A DNA stretch of 32,000 bases from Acaryochloris marina S15 (GCF_018336915.1 NZ_CP064923.1:90001-122000); one strand, 5' to 3'. Shown: positions 18,443-26,392, counted from the stretch's first letter. Notes: generated by a model not told the origin, from the letters alone. Program-made: numbers and translations.

Positions 18443-19534
18443 TTAAGGGTCGCACTGCACGACTTGTGTGACTTCGTATTGCCATTGCTCTTGGAGGGGC
18501 ATGGATTCATTCGCTTTTGCTGCTGATTTCACTGCCGTTTTGACCCTGCCTTTGGCTGCCAATCGGACCCGATAGCGACTGATTTGTGTGGTCTTGGGCA
18601 AGGCAAATTGGAGGTGCACCTCGACCCAATCGGCTTCTTGGGTCCATTGTTCTAACCACATCTGCAACAGTTGAAACGGAATCAACCGCAGTAAAGGATA
18701 TAAAAACTGCTTTATCCCTTTCAAGCCTTTTTGGGTGGTCCGTCCTGATTTGGGGTAGTCCAACCAAGCCCATCCTTCTCGCTTCCAGATTTCTCCTTCT
18801 GCCATCTGTTCAAATTTCTGTAAGCCAGACCAACCCCGATAATAAGGGCGCAGACTAGACACGTCTCCTTGGCGCTCAATGAGGGAGGGCAAAATTGCTG
18901 GATCAAGATGTCCCCAAAATTGTCCTGTTGGCAAATCTAGCAAGGTCGGTGCAAACTGATGGCCGCCAAAATGAGTGGCTTGCCAGACTCTGAGAGACTG
19001 AGGATGATGACCATAGTCTCGCTTAAGTTGGCGATAAATAGGGGTTCCATACCGGCCACAAGCCAAGTCTACTTGGGTATGGGTACAGACCAATAGCTCC
19101 CGAATATCGGTAGTGTCCTGCTGATATTGGTGATAGTGCTTCAAGTTATTAGGTTGTTTCAATAAAGACTGCAGCAACGCCATCGTGAAGTTGAGCCCTT
19201 CGGTTTCTGGGATTAAAAATTCCTGCTTGGCATACTGGGCAAACTGAGAACTAGGACGATGGTAGTAGAGCACCCGTGTCCAGCCTGTTTGGGAATAGTC
19301 GTGATCAGTTGCGATCGCAATCGGTCTGATCAAAATTCCTCTACGGAAAATCAGTTTCTTGAATAGGGGAATCAAGGGTTTAACTTGAGGATTCTCAACT
19401 AAAGAACCGGACCAGGGCTGTTTCATCTCAGTAATCAGCCAATGATCCGTTTTTGCTGCTGTACCCAGAGGATCTACACCATTCGCTTTAGCAATATCCG
19501 CACAATAGCGACAGTTCATGAGTGGTTGATCCAT
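18443..19534 (-). CDS. Sucrase/ferredoxin-like (thioredoxin-like [2Fe-2S]) protein with CX8C...HXGGH motif and a C-terminal extension
   Basis: 363 aa. VCTHTQVDLACGRYG gives C-x8-C and ATHFGGHQFAP gives H-x-G-G-H, the ligand pattern of the Suc_Fer-like / Apd1-Aim32 class. It is the first gene of the second siderophore cluster. Confidence 0.8.
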   Translation of the reverse strand: MDQPLMNCRYCADIAKANGVDPLGTAAKTDHWLITEMKQPWSGSLVENPQVKPLIPLFKKLIFRRGILIRPIAIATDHDYSQTGWTRVLYYHRPSSQFAQYAKQEFLIPETEGLNFTMALLQSLLKQPNNLKHYHQYQQDTTDIRELLVCTHTQVDLACGRYGTPIYRQLKRDYGHHPQSLRVWQATHFGGHQFAPTLLDLPTGQFWGHLDPAILPSLIERQGDVSSLRPYYRGWSGLQKFEQMAEGEIWKREGWAWLDYPKSGRTTQKGLKGIKQFLYPLLRLIPFQLLQMWLEQWTQEADWVEVHLQFALPKTTQISRYRVRLAAKGRVKTAVKSAAKANESMPLQEQWQYEVTQVVQCDP

Positions 19535-19954
19535 AGAAGTATTGTCTAGCAGAGAAAAACGATATCTATTCTCAATAATCTCAGTTTAAGGCGATATATG
19601 ATTTCTATATTGAGAATCTTTTTAGAAAAATTAGACTGATTTTTTAACGAAAGATATTGAACTGAGGCAAAGTAGAGTTTGATATTTCTATTCTCGATCA
19701 ATTTTTTCACCCATCACTGATCCATACATTTGCCAGTTACTGCGGGATGTAGTTATCTATCAATGGATTGTCTGAGATAGCCTAATTTAAAGACTTTTAG
19801 GCGTTTGAAGTCTGCTTTTGATCTTTGATGAACTGTACGACGAATATGTTTAGTCCAGTATTTATTTGCATGAAAATATAAATAAATATTGAGATGTTGC
19901 AGTTTTTCTTCGACTTTCACAACTCATATTTCCACAAAACGCAAGTCCTGATAA

Positions 19955-19973
19955 ATTGAGAATTAGTCTCAAT
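19955..19973. promoter_or_regulatory. Palindromic operator ATTGAGAATTAGTCTCAAT (iron-box-like), 35 bp upstream of pcb/isiA-like gene 1
   Basis: It is a TTGAGA-ATTAG-TCTCAA inverted repeat. Near-identical copies lie at 24376-24394 and 25066-25083. More ATTCTCAA/TTGAGAAT half sites occur at 19567 and 19609. Confidence 0.5.
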
Positions 19974-20007
19974 AGAATATGCAAGATTAGTCTGGAGAAT
20001 AATCTTT

Positions 20008-21054
20008 ATGCAAACCTATGGACAGCCCACAGTTAACTATCCTTGGTATGCGGGAAATGCTCGTTATACAGGGTTTAGTGCCCAGTTCCTAGCTGCGCAT
20101 ATCGGCCAAATTGCGTCGATGTGTTTCTTCGCTGGGACTTTTACTATCTATGAACTGTCTCGCTACGATCCCGATTTGCCGTTATATAGCCAAAACTTTG
20201 TTTGTCTACCACAATTAGCTCGCGAAGGGTTTGGGGTAGGGGCTGGCGGGGTAATTGTAGACACTTACATCTACTTCGCCATTGGCATGATTCACCTGTT
20301 TGCAGCGGCCGTGTTTGCGTCAGGGGCTTTGTACCATATTGTGACCGGACCTAAGAACTTTGCGGATAGCGAGTTTCCTGGGGTCAAACGGTTTCATTTC
20401 GAGTGGGATGATTTTGAAACCCAGGGCAGAATTCTGGGGCATCATCTCATTTTCTTGGGGTTAGGAACCTTTTTGTTTACGGGTTGGGGAGCCACTCATG
20501 GCTTCTATGATCCCAGTATTGGAGAGGTCAGAGCAGTCGTACCTGAATTTAATATCGTCAGACTGTTCAAATATGGATGGGCTGTTCCGGGTTTCAATCC
20601 GTTCTTTGTCGATAACCTAGAAGATGTGCAGATGGGCCACCTCTTTGTTGGCTTTCTCTATACTCTGGGCGGTGTTTTCCACATTTTGGTTAAACCCTGG
20701 CCCTATACGGATCGGCTATATCGCAAAAATGCTGATGCTATCTTGGCCTATGCCTTGGGTGGACTCGCCTTTTTAGGCTTTATTGCCTGTTACTTTACTG
20801 CTGTTAACGAAATCACATTTCCGCCGGAGTTCTTTGGTCCTGTCCTAGAGCTAAGGTTTGTATTTGCCCCGTATTTTGCTGACATCATTGATACAGCAAA
20901 CGGTATGCATACCTCCCGTTTCTGGATTTGCAATTTCCATTTCTATTGGGCTTTCTTTTGCCTTCAAGGCCATCTCTTTCACGCCTTGCGTGGGATGGGC
21001 TTCGATTTCCGAGATGTCCCCAAATATTTTGAGCAATTCGCTTCCGAAGTTTAG
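20008..21054 (+). CDS. IsiA/Pcb-family (CP43-like) chlorophyll-binding antenna protein
   Basis: 348 aa. The N-terminus MQTYGQPTVNYPWYAGNARYTG is characteristic of IsiA/Pcb. It has six hydrophobic helices, lacks the long CP43 loop E, and has the C-terminal motif CLQGHLFHALRGMGFDF. Confidence 0.9.
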   Translation: MQTYGQPTVNYPWYAGNARYTGFSAQFLAAHIGQIASMCFFAGTFTIYELSRYDPDLPLYSQNFVCLPQLAREGFGVGAGGVIVDTYIYFAIGMIHLFAAAVFASGALYHIVTGPKNFADSEFPGVKRFHFEWDDFETQGRILGHHLIFLGLGTFLFTGWGATHGFYDPSIGEVRAVVPEFNIVRLFKYGWAVPGFNPFFVDNLEDVQMGHLFVGFLYTLGGVFHILVKPWPYTDRLYRKNADAILAYALGGLAFLGFIACYFTAVNEITFPPEFFGPVLELRFVFAPYFADIIDTANGMHTSRFWICNFHFYWAFFCLQGHLFHALRGMGFDFRDVPKYFEQFASEV

Positions 21055-21327
21055 GCGCGGGGGAATATTTCCCAACGCCTAGCTAGTGCTGCTATAGGAG
21101 TCCGTCTTTGCTGGACTCATCGTTGGTCCAGCGTTAGTCAGTCGTTCCAGCTTATCCATCCTGGCGAATTTTTGAGGTGGATAGATCCCTTGCTTGAGGG
21201 AGACCTTAGGCTATCTATTGCTTTCATTGCCGGGTGAGCGATATTGGCTGGAACTTTTAGGACAAATTGTTCGAAACACACCAAGGTTTTGATTTTTAGT
21301 AACTATTCCCTATCGAGGATTTTATTT

Positions 21328-22389
21328 ATGACAGCATCTTTAACAAGACGCGACAAAATGGACAGGTCCCAGCTCACTGCGGGGACGGCAAGCCTGAGCG
21401 GTTATGAAGCGGAATGGTGGGCAGGCAATGTCCGCAACACTGATTTTTCTGGTACGCTTCTGGGTGCTCATTTATGCCATGCAGCTCTAATGAGCTGTGT
21501 TCCCGGCGCTTTTATTATTCAAGAGGCTGCTCGCTTTCAACCCGGCATTCCATTGTCGGAGCAAGGTATGGTCTTTATGCCTCACCTGGCGGGTTTAGGT
21601 ATAGCCGTGGGCTCAGGTGGAGAGGTTCTGAGTACGTATCCCTATTTTGTGATTGGCGTTCTGCACTTCTTTGTGGCGGCATTCTGTTGTGCGGGTGGGC
21701 TATTTCACACCATTGCTGGAGAGGCGAATCTAGGAGATTACCCTGAAGGTAGCTGGGCCGCTCAATTCGATTATGATTGGGACGATTTTGAGTCCACCTC
21801 CTCTATTTTGGGCCATCACCTGCTTTGCTTAGGGGTTGCTTGTCTATTGTTTGCAGGCAATGCTGCTTATGGGAATGGCTTATATGATCCCTTGGTCGGT
21901 GAAGTTCGTCAGATTACTCCCAACCTGAATCCGATTACCTTGCTCGGTTACTTATTCGGATTTGCGAATGGAGAATGGACGATTTTGGGAATGGCGGCGG
22001 TTAACAATATGGAAGACCTAGTCGGGGGACATTTCCTGGTTGCCATTGTTGATATTGCAGGGGCTGCCTTTCATATCATTAATAAGAAACCTACGGCCTT
22101 TTTCAAAAATCGGCTAATCTTTTCCTTCCCTAATGGAGGTTTGGTGCGCGCTGGTATTTGCAATAGCGAAGCTATTCTGTCTTATAGTGTGGCTTCAGTG
22201 GGTTTTATTGCCATCAGTTCTGCCATTTTTACCCAGTATTGCGATATCGCTTTTGCTCCTGAGTTTTACGGCGTTGATCGGTCTGGGGCCGCTTCCATCC
22301 AGCTCATTCTGGGAGTGAACTGGATGGTCGTCGGGGGGCTATGGCATAGCCTGCGTGGCGAAAGGCTTCATGCCCTCAAGAATAAATAG
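21328..22389 (+). CDS. Divergent IsiA/Pcb-family chlorophyll-binding protein
   Basis: I place the start at ATG 21328 (gagga 8-12 nt upstream) rather than the track start 21244. Supporting motifs are YEAEWWAGNVRNTDFSGTLLGAHLCHAAL, FDYDWDDFESTSSILGHHL (compare FHFEWDDFETQGRILGHHL in gene 1) and the helix VI variant VVGGLWHSLRGER. Confidence 0.8.
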   Translation: MTASLTRRDKMDRSQLTAGTASLSGYEAEWWAGNVRNTDFSGTLLGAHLCHAALMSCVPGAFIIQEAARFQPGIPLSEQGMVFMPHLAGLGIAVGSGGEVLSTYPYFVIGVLHFFVAAFCCAGGLFHTIAGEANLGDYPEGSWAAQFDYDWDDFESTSSILGHHLLCLGVACLLFAGNAAYGNGLYDPLVGEVRQITPNLNPITLLGYLFGFANGEWTILGMAAVNNMEDLVGGHFLVAIVDIAGAAFHIINKKPTAFFKNRLIFSFPNGGLVRAGICNSEAILSYSVASVGFIAISSAIFTQYCDIAFAPEFYGVDRSGAASIQLILGVNWMVVGGLWHSLRGERLHALKNK

Positions 22390-22393
22390 TTCT

Positions 22394-22590
22394 ATAGGCC
22401 AGCATTGAGATATAACGTTGTTCGAGTAAGGAATAACCATATCTGATGCTGGTCTATGCATTTTGTCAGTGACTCTTTTCTCTCGCTCGCGCAGCCTTGC
22501 TCACAATCTGTGCGAACGAGAGAAGACCTATAGATTTCCACTTTTATTTGTAGCAAGGAGTGCTGTGACTCAGTCAGTTCTTGCTACAAA
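22394..22590 (+). other. Three consecutive stem-loops downstream of pcb gene 2 (terminator, structured RNA or MITE-like remnant)
   Basis: Hairpin 1 pairs 22394-22413 with 22439-22457 (~18 bp, one mismatch and a bulge). Hairpin 2 pairs 22477-22494 with 22508-22525 (16 of 18). Hairpin 3 pairs 22547-22557 with 22580-22590 (perfect 11 bp), and its loop contains the palindrome tgactcagtca. Confidence 0.4.
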
Positions 22591-22631
22591 GTTTTCGTTG
22601 AACCGTTATTAATCATTTTTTGAATAGAATA

Positions 22632-23000
22632 ATGCAACTCAATACCCCTTATTTTAAGGACACGGCTGACTTGGCCGATGGTGTATTTAGTTCTCGTGCT
22701 TGGTTAGCCAATATTACTTACTATTTGGGCTTTTACTGCCTACAAGGGCACTTATTCCATAGCTTACGAGCGATGGGCGTAAAGTTTGAAGAGATCCCTG
22801 AGGCGTGCGCTCTCAACTTTGTCCAACAGCCGTCAATCATTACGGGAGCGGCTCCAACGATTGACGCTGCTTTAGACATAAAAGCAACTTTCCAAGAGGT
22901 GCCTGAAGAAGAAGATTATGCAGGGCTGTTTTTGCGCCACCACAGGATGCCATTGAACATTGCTCCAGCGATAAAGAGCATAAATGCCGGAATATTGTAG
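22632..23000 (+). pseudogene. Orphan C-terminal fragment of an IsiA/Pcb gene (helix VI only)
   Basis: MQLNTPYFKDTADLADGVFSSRAWLANITYYLGFYCLQGHLFHSLRAMGVKFEEI aligns with the last ~60 aa of gene 1 (FAPYFADIIDTANGMHTSRFWICNFHFYWAFFCLQGHLFHALRGMGFDF). An in-frame stop at 22599 leaves no upstream helices. The 3' tail overlaps the convergent gene 22916..23527. Confidence 0.5.
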
Positions 23001-23527
23001 AAAGGGATGTGCTGTGCTGCAGTCCCAAAGCCAAATGCCAAGGTAAAAATGAGCCAAATATACCAGAGCCCCAGGGTATACAAAATGCTCAGTCTTTTAG
23101 GAACATGGGCTTGATATAGATAATCAAAAATTTCGGGTTTCACCAATTCTGTGACTGAGAACAGCACCATAATGATCCAGAGTGGAGCGGTCACTAGCCA
23201 TGTTGTCCAAGAGCAAGTTTCCCCTAGTTGGTAGTACAGAACAATTTGGTAGAGATGGATGAGGTGAGATAGGGTCAGGGCTAGCCATAGATAGCTGCGA
23301 TTGCTTTTGAGCCATTTCCCTAGTTCATCCGTTGTGGCTGTGAGGGGCTGGGTTACAAACACTAGCAAAAATGGAATAGCGGTTGTTAATGAACTCAACC
23401 TTAGAGCAGTGAGAATGTTTTCGCTGGTTATCTTGGGATAAAGGGCCAAACCTGATGCAAGCAGCATAAATACTGTCGAGATTAAAACACCAGTCCAGCC
23501 TAAGGATGACTGTTTGTGGGTTCTCAT
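22916..23527 (-). CDS. Hypothetical integral membrane protein (about 6 predicted TM helices)
   Basis: 203 aa, strongly hydrophobic, with an ATG start. It shows only weak resemblance to YedZ/MsrQ-type heme-b membrane proteins (LALTLSHLIHLYQIVLYY), so no function is assigned. Confidence 0.6.
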   Translation of the reverse strand: MRTHKQSSLGWTGVLISTVFMLLASGLALYPKITSENILTALRLSSLTTAIPFLLVFVTQPLTATTDELGKWLKSNRSYLWLALTLSHLIHLYQIVLYYQLGETCSWTTWLVTAPLWIIMVLFSVTELVKPEIFDYLYQAHVPKRLSILYTLGLWYIWLIFTLAFGFGTAAQHIPFYNIPAFMLFIAGAMFNGILWWRKNSPA

Positions 23528-23799
23528 AGCCTGGAATTTAGATAAAATCGACCGATAGTTTTGTTTAAGTGATGATATTGGCTTTTGAAAGCTCTATTGT
23601 ATCGTTTTTCTCTTTTTATATCTAAAAATCTGCTGATTAAGTTCTAGTCAACGGGTTGAGAGTATGGGAGATCTGTGGTGGGTTGCGAGGGTCTCCGACT
23701 GGCCTTTGGCCATCGCACAATTGATACCCTCCAGTTGCTATCGTTCTGCAGCAGTCGCAAATTTAGCTATAAATCATCGAATTCGCGGTTGAAAAGAAT

Positions 23800-23833
23800 A
23801 CCCGCAGAATCTTACTGAGAAGATTCTGCGGGT
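23800..23833 (-). terminator. Rho-independent terminator of petE
   Basis: A perfect 14 bp stem (ACCCGCAGAATCTT / AAGATTCTGCGGGT) with a 6 nt loop lies 70 bp downstream of the petE stop. On the minus strand it is followed by attcttttc. Confidence 0.7.
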
Positions 23834-23905
23834 ACAAGCTTTTGAATAGGGAAAGAGCGTTGAAACCGTTGAAATGATTCAATAATCACCTGCACGGATG
23901 TGAAT

Positions 23906-24304
23906 TTAGCCTTGAACTGTAATAGTGCCAGTCATTCCTGCGCCCCTGTGGGGTTCACAGTAGAAAGAATAGCTGCCTGGAGTGGCATCGGCAGGGAAAG
24001 TTACATCAAATCCACCGGACATAGCAAAGGCCTGATGAGACAAAGGACCGACATCACCAGCAGAATTACCCGGATCAAACACCACATTATGGGGAGGTAC
24101 ACCTGCCACTTCGTAATGCACCGTATCTCCTGGAGCAATCGTCACTTCAGTCGGTTCAAACACTAGCATGCCTGTAGAAGAACCCATTTGAATCGTGGAT
24201 GTTGCAGCAAGAGCAGTTGAGCCTGGCCAAAACCCACCGATTACCAGCAGTACTGCCATTAAGGTGGTCGTTAGACCCAGACGTAAGGGGTTAAGGTAGC
24301 GCAT
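23906..24304 (-). CDS. petE: Plastocyanin
   Basis: The start is taken at ATG 24304 (ggaga upstream), giving the signal peptide MRYLNPLRLGLTTTLMAVLLVIGGFWPGSTALA. The copper ligands are present in PPHNVVFD and YSFYCEPHRGAGM. Confidence 0.92.
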   Translation of the reverse strand: MRYLNPLRLGLTTTLMAVLLVIGGFWPGSTALAATSTIQMGSSTGMLVFEPTEVTIAPGDTVHYEVAGVPPHNVVFDPGNSAGDVGPLSHQAFAMSGGFDVTFPADATPGSYSFYCEPHRGAGMTGTITVQG

Positions 24305-24375
24305 TGGTTTTCTCCAAAGCTGAAATAAACAAGTACGACAAGTTGTCATACTTCACAATACCATTGCTGCAGATA

Positions 24376-24394
24376 ATTGAGAATTAGTCTTAAT
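24376..24394. promoter_or_regulatory. Palindromic operator copy ATTGAGAATTAGTCTTAAT upstream of petE
   Basis: It matches 19955-19973 at 18 of 19 positions and lies 72-90 bp upstream of the petE start. Confidence 0.5.
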
Positions 24395-24592
24395 TACTTA
24401 AATGGCTGGAGTAGAAAATAGTGATCGAATGCCTGATATAGGCCTGAATTTTTTAACCTGGGTGCCTCCAATGCGGGCGAGGAGCAGGCCACTGGTTGGC
24501 AAAGTCAAACTGGGTCTGGCATAGAAGGGCTGATGAACATTCCATTGTCTTGTGGTGAAGGGGCTGTCAGCAGGCATAATTTGAGCCAACGA

Positions 24593-25039
24593 TCAGGGCG
24601 ACTCATGAGCGTTATCTGACTGTCCAAATAAGGCGTAAACATCTTGAAAAAACTGTTCTAGCTTTTTTCTAGCCAGTAATGTCGGAGGCGATTTACCATC
24701 AAAGTCCCAATCATTCGTTGTAGAACAGCATCGCCAATAGGGTTCGGTATGGGTATAGCCCATTGATTCAATACCAATGATGCGAGCGTCGGCAGATTTA
24801 GGACTCTCGGAAAAGCGGATTTGGGTCAGGACACAGTGACTATGGCAAGTGGGATGCCAACCTGGAAAATGAAAGCACAGATCAATCGAGTGAGGATCGA
24901 TCAAGTATCGGAGGGCAGGGTCATGGATCCAGGGACTCAAATCTGGGTGGGCATCCAGAAATTGCTCTTTGAATAGGGAGACAATGCGAGAGATTTTGCT
25001 GAGCATCTCATAGGTCTCTGTATGGTCAGTAGCATTCAC
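24593..25039 (-). CDS. Hypothetical protein (148 aa) with a His/Cys cluster
   Basis: GTG start with ggaga 9 nt upstream. It contains the motif CFHFPGWHPTCHSHC, and I recognise no family. An operator copy lies 27 bp upstream. Confidence 0.55.
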   Translation of the reverse strand: MNATDHTETYEMLSKISRIVSLFKEQFLDAHPDLSPWIHDPALRYLIDPHSIDLCFHFPGWHPTCHSHCVLTQIRFSESPKSADARIIGIESMGYTHTEPYWRCCSTTNDWDFDGKSPPTLLARKKLEQFFQDVYALFGQSDNAHESP

Positions 25040-25065
25040 AGCTCATTTCTCCAGCCAACTAATTT

Positions 25066-25083
25066 ATGAGATTAATTCTCAAG
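25066..25083. promoter_or_regulatory. Third operator copy (minus-strand reading CTTGAGAATTAATCTCAT)
   Basis: About 15 of 17 core positions are identical to the other two copies. It lies in the divergent region between 24593..25039 (-) and fda (+). Confidence 0.45.
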
Positions 25084-25306
25084 AAATAAAGATCTTTGCC
25101 GACAATTTTCACTTCAATTTCATACTGTTAGATTTATATTTTTCGTGTTTTTACAGATATTTCAGCAATATATCAAGGCTTTAGACTACTTCCTGATGGA
25201 CTCAATGCCTGAAAAGAACCCTTGACAATTCAAATTATTATTGACATTATATATCAATAAGAAAGAGATTTTTTATTTCATCTCAGCCCAATCTAGGAGG
25301 TTCGAT

Positions 25307-26347
25307 ATGAGTACCTATACCCAAGAATTAAGGGCCACTGCAAAAGCTTTGGTGGCAAGAGGTAAGGGCATCTTGGCAATTGATGAGAGTAATGGCACTT
25401 GTAATAAGCGATTTGCTCAGCTAAGCATTCCTACGACCGAAGAAAATCGGAGAGCTTATCGGGAGTTAATCCTAACAACACCTCGACTTTCTACTTACAT
25501 CAGTGGTCCCATTTTGTTTGATGAGACCATTCGACAGACGACTAGAAACGGTAAATCATTTGTACAAGTGATTACTGAAGCTGGCATGATTCCTGGGATT
25601 AAAGTAGATACCGGGGCCAAAGATTTAGCAGCTCGCCCTGGTGAAAAAGTAACGGAAGGATTAGATGGCCTGCGAGATCGCATTGCTGAGTACTACGGTA
25701 TGGGGGCTCGTTTTGCTAAATGGCGGGGTGTGATCACTATTGATAATGGCATTCCCAGTCAAGCCTGCATTGATGTGAATGCGCAGGCTTTGGCCCGATA
25801 TGCTGCCCTCTGTCAAGAAGGGGGTTTAGTTCCCATCGTCGAGCCAGAAGTCTTAATTGACGGTGACCATACCTTAGAACAGTGTTATCAGGTCACAGAT
25901 CGCACCCTCCATACCGTGTTTGGTCAGCTCTATGATCAAGGGATTGCTTTTGATCAAATGATTCTGAAGCCCAGCATGGTGGTTGCGGGCAAAGATTGTC
26001 CCCAACAGCCCAGTGTGGACGAGGTTGCAGAGGCAACGATTAATTGTCTTCGTAAAAATGTGCCTGCTTCGGTTGCAGGAGTGGCCTTTTTGTCGGGTGG
26101 CCAAAGTGCTGAACGATCTGCTGCCCATCTCAATGTTATGAATGCCCGGTATGCAGAGATTTGTCCATGGCCGGTCACGTTTTCCTATGCGAGAGCGATC
26201 CAGCAGCCGGCATTGGAACATTGGCGAGGTGAGAGTCAGCGCGTAACCGAAGCTCAACAGCGGCTGTTGCATCGTGCCAAATGTAATAGTGCTGCCCGAT
26301 TGGGTGAATATAGCTCTGAAGTTGAGCGAGAGCTGGCTCTCGTCTAA
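25307..26347 (+). CDS. fda: Class I (Schiff-base, metal-independent) fructose-bisphosphate aldolase
   Basis: ATG at 25307 with AGGAGG at 25295-25300. Class I signatures are present: GILAIDESNGT, VPIVEPEVLIDG, and the Schiff-base Lys in MILKPSMVV. Length is 346 aa. Confidence 0.93.
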   Translation: MSTYTQELRATAKALVARGKGILAIDESNGTCNKRFAQLSIPTTEENRRAYRELILTTPRLSTYISGPILFDETIRQTTRNGKSFVQVITEAGMIPGIKVDTGAKDLAARPGEKVTEGLDGLRDRIAEYYGMGARFAKWRGVITIDNGIPSQACIDVNAQALARYAALCQEGGLVPIVEPEVLIDGDHTLEQCYQVTDRTLHTVFGQLYDQGIAFDQMILKPSMVVAGKDCPQQPSVDEVAEATINCLRKNVPASVAGVAFLSGGQSAERSAAHLNVMNARYAEICPWPVTFSYARAIQQPALEHWRGESQRVTEAQQRLLHRAKCNSAARLGEYSSEVERELALV

Positions 26348-26392
26348 ATCGTCCTCTTTTTGCGCAGATCAGATTCTGAACACAGTCTACGT

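Noticed and set aside
21244-21327. 5' extension of pcb gene 2 given in the ORF track (MAGTFRTNCSKHTK...)
   Set aside because: The track start is a non-ATG codon. The extension has no antenna-like sequence, and the ATG at 21328 has a gagga ribosome-binding site.
23528-23799. GC-richer stretch with a GGAGATC...GGTCTCC hairpin, checked as a possible tRNA or small RNA
   Set aside because: It has no cloverleaf, no T-loop GTTCGAATC-type motif and no flanking promoter or terminator pattern that I could support.
24398-24589. 63-codon ORF between the 148 aa gene and petE
   Set aside because: It has a TTG start, no ribosome-binding site and a low-complexity composition. It overlaps the likely petE promoter/operator region. 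It could be real, but the sequence alone does not support it.
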